The notes below the pieces were generated by a model. That model was not told where the DNA came from. It saw nothing but the letters and a program-made list of their open reading frames with translations, and did not search any database. A program made the position numbers and the translations under genes. DNA of 64,000 nucleotides from Octopus vulgaris (taxonomy: Eukaryota): NCBI GenBank assembly GCA_951406725.2, contig OX597820.1, forward strand, positions 47,554,001-47,618,000. Direction: 5' to 3'. Of this stretch, positions 56,131 through 64,000 are shown piece by piece. Each line of letters begins with the position of its first letter. The first letter of the stretch is position 1.

Positions 56131-58409
56131 AAAGATAGAATAATAGATAAATGATATAAGGACATATGGTGTTTTGGGCACATTTGTTTCTCTTCAATAG
56201 TGCGTGTGGTGGTTGTATGCTTCGTAGTGGCCATTCGGATGGTGTGCTTCTTATGTTAGGGACGTGGGGTTGTGATAGTAGTAACGATGATGATGATAAT
56301 AACTTGGAAGTTGTTGTGATTGCAGTGGAAAAAAGGCATGTATGAGAGACTAGAAGGGGTAAAATGATAGTAGATCTAAATTGATGATTTCCGATTGGAA
56401 GATTGACAAAAGTAATCAAGTAATAAGATTGGAAGAAAATTTCAGAAAAAAATGTTCAAAATATATATAAAGACATTAAAGTAGGTTAAGAAAATATTTT
56501 TCTAATCTTCTTTATCTCTACTTTGCTTTACTTTATCCTCACCTATATCTCTAGTGATTTTTATATTTTCCTAGCCTATCCTCTTTTCCCGATATATAAG
56601 TTTACATGGAAAGGAGAAGTTATAAATTGTATGAATGTTATCACAAAAAAATCGCTGGCGTAGCTTTATTTACATAAATGGTAGAGATGAACATGCTAGA
56701 AATCTTAAAGAAAGAATTTTAGAAAATAGCTATCAAGACGTGTCCACATTTAAGTCGTGAGCAAGTAAATATGCTTACATATGGAAAAAAGTATTTGAAG
56801 ATTTACCTCTTTGGAAAAATTGCTTAGAGGACTATGATTCGTGATTAGCAAAATTACCAGAGAGAATTGAGGGGCATTCAGACTATAATTATAGTTAAAA
56901 CATACATAAGGAATAATTAAATATTGAGTTAAACGAATCGAAATATATAAAAACTTTTTAAAACTAAGACAACGACTCCATGCAAAATTTTAAAGGATGA
57001 AATTCAATAGGTAAATTAAATTAAAACTAATTAATAAGAATGATTATAAATGTATATAATATTAAGTTATAGGTTTGGAAATAAAATCATATTGCCTTAA
57101 TAATTGTAATTTACGATGTAATTTTGTTAAACATTTGTTAATAGTCTATTGAGATGTGAGTTATGGCTATCAGGGAGAAATATGATATATTCAACAGCTG
57201 TAAATATTATTTTTTAAGACAGGGGAAGCTAATGAGAACTGTGCTGGAATGTCTAGTGGAAGCTAGCAGCAGAAGCAATTGGAGGTAGATTTTTGCTTCA
57301 TTTTCAGGTTATCTACACATTAAAGAAAGTGAATGTGGAATTGACAAGAAACTGGAGATGACTGATGAAACATCCAAAGGAAGCTGATGACAACAGTAGA
57401 GGATCTAATTTTGACACATCTCAACAGGATGGAATATGTGTAACTAAAGATTAATACCAGTTTTATAATGGTCCTATATTGATGGAGCATCTGATAGGGG
57501 CTGGTGACAACTGTGCCATCTAAGGCTGTGGCTGTGTGATGACCTGTGAAACAAAAGTGATAATAAGCTGGAAGTATATAATCTTATAATGGATTTTAAG
57601 ATACGATAAAAACACAATATTCTTAACAACACAATCGCATTAGATAACTTGAAGAAACAACTCTAATAAGAGAAATAGTAGAAAAAACCAAGAAAAATTA
57701 TAAAAATCCTGGCGGGTAATGCAAAAACCTTATAGATAAGACAAATCATATAGAGGAAAATAAAAAATGCTTAACCATACAAGGAAATGGTAATAAAGAA
57801 TTCTACATTGCTATGAAGTTATATGACGGTAAAAATTTGGGTGGAAAGGACAATAATATTCATGAATGCATAATGTGTGCATAGACAGGCGGTTATAAAG
57901 ATCAGAATAGATGTTTAAAGTGAAAAATGTACAGAAGTTATATGATTGCTAGTAAGATCAAAAAATTGAAGTGATATGGTCTCTTATCAAACAATGATTT
58001 AATGTCAGAAGCAAGTCTATATTATTGGGTTTTTAAAAATACATTTTCAGCGTAAGTGGGTACTTTTTAATGTACAAATACATAACAAAAGGAAGGCAAA
58101 AATCTCTAAATGTGATATGAAATAAAAAGGGAAGTCCATTATTAATGAATATGTAGAGAAGTAGTCTTTAGAAGATAGATCTGGGATGTGAATGGAAGAC
58201 TGAGAGCGTATAAGAATTATAGACGTAACCTTAGTTATATGCGTGTACTGACGATATATAAGTAGGTGAGATTGGAAGCCGACATTATGTGGCGATTAAA
58301 TTTAGAGTGTGGTAGGAGGTGCGTGTTGGTGGTGGTGTGCATTAATTTAAGAATTAGTCACTTTGGTAAATAGATATTAAATAAATAGTTAATATAGTTT
58401 TATATCGTG

Positions 58410-58630
58410 AGGCAGCGAGATGGCAGCGTCGTTAGCATTCAGGACGAAATTCTTAGTGGTATTTCGTTTCGTCCGTCTTTATAATCTGAGTTCAAATTCC
58501 GCCGTGGTCGACTTGCCTTTCATCCTTTCGAAGTCGACAAAAATAAGTACCAGTTGAACATTGGGGTAGGTGTAATCGACTTACCATCCCAACCCGAACT
58601 TGCTGGCATTGTGCCAAAATTTGAAACCAT
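58410..58630 (+). mobile_element. SINE family B
   Basis: ggcagcgagatggcag..ctgagttcaaattccgccg..aataagtaccagttg..gtgccaaaatttgaaacc. Confidence 0.85.
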
Positions 58631-58856
58631 TATGTATCTAAGTTACTCCAATAGGGTTTCGAAACAACACGAATAGAGTTAGAATAATCAATCCCGCCTT
58701 CTTTCCACTTTTATTTGTTTGTTAACGCTATAGAACACACACACACACACACACACACACATGCACACACACACACACACACACACACACAATAATGCAT
58801 GCATATATATGCTTGTATGAATGCATATGTATATGCAGTAATGTATATATACACAC

Positions 58857-58889
<33 letters not shown>

Positions 58890-59194
58890 ATCAGATAGAA
58901 ATATGTACCTGTTTGAATGCATGTCTATATAAATATGTGTGTATATGCGCGTATGCGTGCGTGTGTGCGCTGGTGTGTGTGTGCACGCATTTGAGTACAT
59001 ATATACTTTTAAAGTTTTAAAAATATTTCTTTGAAACATTCGAAAATAGAATCTCCAGCACATCAAACTATGATGAACATATTTCAAATTTCAAAAATTT
59101 CTAAAATTCTCTTACGTTATAAGGTGATATTGTGTTCTTAATTGAAGTTTATGAGACTTTTTATTCTAAAGAACAATCACTCTCTCATATATTC

Positions 59195-59400
59195 GTTTCT
59201 ACTCTAGGTACAAGGTCCGAAAATTTGGGGGAGGGAGGAAGTCGATTAGATCAACCCTAGTACGCAACTGGTACTTAATTTGTCGACCTCGAAAGGATGA
59301 AAGGCAAAGTCGACCTCGGCTGAATTTGAACTCACAACGTAAAGACACAAAATATCTATTTCTTTACTGCCCACAAGAGGCTACACACAGAGGAGACAAA
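59195..59400 (-). mobile_element. SINE family B (partial, composite)
   Basis: gcaactggtacttaattt.tcgacc.cgaaaggatgaaaggcaaagtcgacctcggc. Confidence 0.8.
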
Positions 59401-59435
59401 CAACAACAACAACAATAACAATAACAATAATAATA

Positions 59436-59478
<43 letters not shown>

Positions 59479-59499
59479 TAATAATAATAATAAAGCCCT

Positions 59500-60040
59500 G
59501 ATGCTGTACCAGGCAGTGGCTCTCGTGGCTTCTGATCTTAACTGATTGGAAGTGTTATCATGTACATTGTTTTTTCTTGATATAACAGATGGGCTACAAC
59601 AAATATTCTGCTCAATACCACAGATTTGCTTGTCAGTTGTTTGACTATAACCAGTTGAGCATGTACTTTAGTGGCTTACAATAAGTGTATCTCTAATCAC
59701 GAGCAGAAGTAGTAGGGGAACATCATTGCCATGTGTTTAGAGGAATTCTTTGGGGTTTGGATAATTCGTCTCTGGTAACATGAGTATTTCGTTCATCATC
59801 CTTAAACAACCCTTATTCAGGGATCTTTTGAGTTGAATGGGCTACTCGACCTTATGAAAATTCTGAGCCCCACCTGCATGTTCATGCGCTGTTTATCTTG
59901 ATATGAGATTACCATGTCGTGCACATATGGTTGTGATGCATGTGCTTGGTGTACCCTGATCAGACGTGTAGTCATGATGGGTATACTGGGCTTCGTGTAT
60001 TTTACCCCAGTGTCACTTTGATGGCATAGCCTGCTCTCTC
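59500..60040. mobile_element. Dispersed repeat family D between (AAT)n tracts
   Basis: Inverted homolog of 40535-40860. Confidence 0.75.
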
Positions 60041-60069
60041 AGTCAATAATAATAATGATAGTAATAATA

Positions 60070-60277
60070 ATAATTTTGGCACAAGGCCAGTAATTCCGGG
60101 GAGGAGACAAATCGATTATATCGATCCCAGTGCTCAACTGGTACTTATTATATCGACTTCGAAATGATGAAAGGCAAAGTCGATCTCGGTGGAATTTGGA
60201 TTCAGAATGTAAAAGCGGACGAAATGCCTCTAAATATTTTGTCCGGCATGATAACAATTTTGCCAGATTCTCGCCTT
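60070..60277 (-). mobile_element. SINE family B
   Basis: Full reverse-complement copy ending ttctcgcc. Confidence 0.85.
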
Positions 60278-60755
60278 AAATACTAATTCTAATAGTACTA
60301 TTAATAATGATCGCAAATATGGCTTAAAGTCTAAATGCTCTTCTCTAAATAAGCTTCTCCGCCTGAAGATAACATATTTGTATTAATTATGAATGTTAAA
60401 TTAAGAAGTTACAAAAATACATCCCATGATTTATTAAACGTTAATAGACAAAACAAAGTGAAAAATAGCAATGAAATATTGGTTATTAATATTAATTTTT
60501 AAATAGTTCACTTCATACTATTTTGATGACGGATAATATATCTTCCAGTAAATTGTAATTTATAGTACATTGATACAGTATAATTTGTAGGTTTAGAAAG
60601 AATTTTTCTATCGCTAGCCGACTCTCAGCATTAAGCAATTGCATCAATCAACTTAAATATATATCCATGTATTTATTGTTTCAATGTAATTATTGTTTTT
60701 TATAGAGGAATAGTTAATATTTTCGTTATGTTGTTGTTGACAGATCGAGAGACAA

Positions 60756-61310
60756 GGCGGCGAGCTGGCAGAATCGTTAGCACGTCGGTCAAAATGCTTA
60801 GCGGCATTTCGTCCGTTTTTACCTTCTGAGTTCAAATGTCACCGGGGTCGACTTTGCCTTTCATCATTTCGAGGTCGATAAAATAAGTACCATTTGAACA
60901 CTGCGATCGCTGTAATTGACTTACCTCTTTCCTGGAATTACTGGCCTTGTACTAAAATTATCATTATCATAATTTGGATTGAATTGCATTTTATTTCATC
61001 TTCTGTCCGGATCTCAACCAAACATTCGTTCGGGGTCGATAAAAGAAGAACCAGTCGAGCACTGGAACCGATATAATCGACTTAACCCCTTCCTGAAATT
61101 ACTTGCCTTGTGCCAAAATTAGAAACCATTATTATTAAATAGGTAGACAAGGTAGAGTGCAAGCAGAATTGTTACCACCCTGGAAAAATATTTAGCAGCA
61201 TTTCTTACGGCTTTACGTTCTGAGTTCAAATTCCGTCGAGGTTGATTTTGCTTTTCATCCATTCGGGGGTCCATAAAATAAGTACCAGCTGAACAATGAG
61301 GTCGATGTAA
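60756..61310 (+). mobile_element. Three clustered family-B SINE copies (60756-60960, 61020-61130, 61150-61310)
   Basis: Repeated ggggtc.ataaaa.aag.acca core; heads at 60756 and 61150. Confidence 0.8.
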
Positions 61311-63278
61311 TGCAGTGGATAATTATCGGTTAATCTCCTGTCTACCCTTAATGTAGAAGTTAATGACAGGAATAATATCTTATTATGTGTATGATTTCCT
61401 GAAAATGAACGACAAGCTGCCACTGGAACAGAAGGGATGCAGGGGGCAAAAGCCGAGGGACAAAGGATCAACTTCATTGGTTGACAGAATGGTGCTGAAC
61501 GACTCTAAGAAAAGACATTCTAATCTGAGTATGGTGTGGATCGATTACAAGAAAGCATATGACATGGTTCAACATTCTTGGATTTTAGAAAGGCTTGAGT
61601 TCGTACAGGTGTCTGATAACATTCTAAATCTTATCAGATCAATGGAGAACCAGAATACAATGCTAATATCAAGTGGAGAATTTTTGACGAATTTTTGACA
61701 TCAGGAGAGACATTGCTGTGATTTGTGTGATACTCCTCACATAGATATTATGGAAAGTGATATCGGGATATACCTTGAAAAATGAAGGAAAATTAAGATA
61801 CCTGTTATATATGGATGGCTTAAAAATCTTTGGGAAGAGTGAACGTGAAATAAATGGTCTGGTTTTAAGAGTGCAAATATTCAGTCAGGATATCGGGATG
61901 GAATTTGGGATTAAAATGTGTGGCATGCTCATCATAAACAAGGCATAGTAGAGTTATCTGATGGTGTAGAACTGCCCAACAGCGAGAGAATCAAGGATGT
62001 TGATATGAGTGGATATGAGTATTTGGGTATTTTGGAGTTTAACGAAATCAAGGAGAGTGAGATGAAGAAAAGCTTTAGACAGAATAATTCTGAAGAACCA
62101 AATTAATTGTGGAGAGTAGACTCAGTGGAAGGAACAAGATCGGAACAATGAATACATGGGCTGTCTTCTTAATGCGACACGGGACATGTGTTATTAGGTG
62201 GACAAAAAACGAGCCAGAAGAAATGGATAGAAAAACTAGCAAAGTGATGACAATGAACAAGGAAATGCACCTTAAAAACAATATCGATAGACTACCTTTG
62301 CTTGTTGCTGTTCGAAATAGCAACATGACATCTAGTAAAAATATGATACACCAAAAAACATTAAAAAAACTAGATGGGGAACAAAGATTGAACAACTGGA
62401 AAATGAAAGCAACGCATGGTCAATACCTCAGAAAAAGGAAAAGAAAAGACGAGACCAACACCAGGCGGTGTCTAAGGAAAAGTGATCTGAAAGGCTGCTG
62501 CACTGAAGCATTGATTGAGGCAACGCCAGGAACAAGCTCTGAGAAATAGATAAGATAAGGAGAGTGAAATACCTCCGTTGTAGGGTGTGTAGTAGCAAAA
62601 ACGAAACAGTCTCACATATTGTGAGTGAATGCAGCAAGTTGTCTCAAAAAGAATTCTAAAGGAGGCATGATAACTTAGCTAAGTTTTTTCCCTGGAGATT
62701 GTGTGAAAAGTACGATCTTGAAAGAACACATGGATGGTACGAGCATAAACCAGAAGGCGTCACCGAGAAAAAAATGGTATAGGCACACACCAGAAAAGGT
62801 CACAGAAAATGAGAAAGCAACCATACACTGGGATATGTGAATACACATAGATAGAGAAATTAAGGCCATTAGGCCAGATATAGTTGTCAGAGATCACCAA
62901 GATAAAAAAAATGCTTTCTAATCGATGTTTCAATAACAACAGATGACAACGTTTGTCTAAAAGAAACGGAGAAACTTTCAAAATACAAAGAGCTGGAAAT
63001 AGGTGTAACTCGAATGTGGAACCTAAAATTAGAAACAATTCCTATCACTGTAGGTGCATTTTGTATGATAAAAAAACATTGAGACAAATACATAGCAAAA
63101 ACAACAGGACAAGTATATATAACACAGAAAATAGCACTACTAGGCACCGCACACATCCTACGTAAAGCACTTTCAATACAGTAACAATAAGAGCATCACA
63201 ACAAACCGCAGCACATACCCAAGGTACACAGAACCGCGCTCGGTAGTGCAGTGAAAGCACGTGATAAAAATAAGACTA

Positions 63279-63281
<3 letters not shown>
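61311..63281 (+). mobile_element. 5'-truncated R4/Dong-clade non-LTR retrotransposon, decayed, ending in (TAA)n
   Basis: EQKGC, WIDYKKAYDMVQHSWI, LLYMDGLK (YMDD-like), zinc knuckle CRVC..ETVSHIVSEC, RHDN, RPDIVV, and RLE IDVS..EKLSKYKEL. Followed directly by (AAT)n at 63282-63363. Confidence 0.9.
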
Positions 63282-63362
<81 letters not shown>

Positions 63363-63954
63363 TACTTAGTGCTAGTAGTAGTAATATAGTAGCTATTTTC
63401 AAATATTTTAGGGATATAATTTATATTTGCTGTATGGGCTGTTGGAACAAATAAATTGCAAAAAGATGTACATTCACACACAAACATGCACACTCATAGA
63501 TACATGCACACACATACATCCATGCACACACATATCGTGTGCGCCTCTGTGTGTGTTTCTTTTTGGTTTACTTAGTGGTGTACAAACATCGAAGTATGTG
63601 TGCTTGTGTGCATGTGTGTGTATGAGTGAGTGTGTGCCTCAGTATATGTATGTGTGTAACTCTGTGTGTGTATATGTGTGTGTGTATGTACGTGTTTGTG
63701 TTTGTGTGTATGTATACGTACGAGTGTGTGAGTATTGTTGGAGGTGTGCGTTTGTCTGTGCATATCAGAATGTGAGAGTGTACGTACATACATCCAAGTG
63801 CATACACACGCACACACACACATATTTATATATGTATATATATACATTCATTTTTTGTGTGCATGTATGTATACTGACGATATAAGAAACAACAATAATA
63901 ATAAAATCAGCGTGAACTACGGCAATAACATCTTAACAAGTAGACAACGTTAAA

Positions 63955-64000
<46 letters not shown>

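Noticed and set aside
56420-58400. Decayed Penelope RT/GIY-YIG ORF on the minus strand (potential autonomous partner)
   Set aside because: Only faint hints (LPFL, KSTH, THIPSC) among many stops. A translated profile search is needed before calling it.

Overview
Eukaryotic, AT-rich, repeat-saturated intergenic or intronic DNA. It is most likely from a coleoid cephalopod (Octopus-like), inferred from the density of (TA)n, (CA)n, (ATGT)n, (ATCT)n, (AAT)n and (GAT)n microsatellites and the tRNA-derived SINE families. Nearly all ORFs in the track are microsatellite artefacts, and no intact multi-exon gene can be built. Recognisable coding remnants are decayed transposons (Hero-like, RTE, CR1/L2-like and R4/Dong LINEs, a DD34D mariner, a DD37D maT) and one isolated axonemal dynein heavy-chain-like fragment. 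The main unexplained structure is a set of non-coding, (TA)n-flanked elements carrying type I hammerhead ribozyme motifs. These include a near-perfect 3.1 x 595-bp tandem array with one intact hammerhead per unit (43891-45730), an intact hammerhead in a 471-bp terminally redundant unit (8392-8486), further intact or variant copies (27050, 27510, 31450) and decayed copies. They look like a retrozyme or Penelope-dependent non-autonomous retroelement system with unusually long stem II arms. An RTE 5' end with an HDV-like ribozyme signature and two Helitron-like elements are also present. SINE and TE boundaries are read by eye and are approximate.
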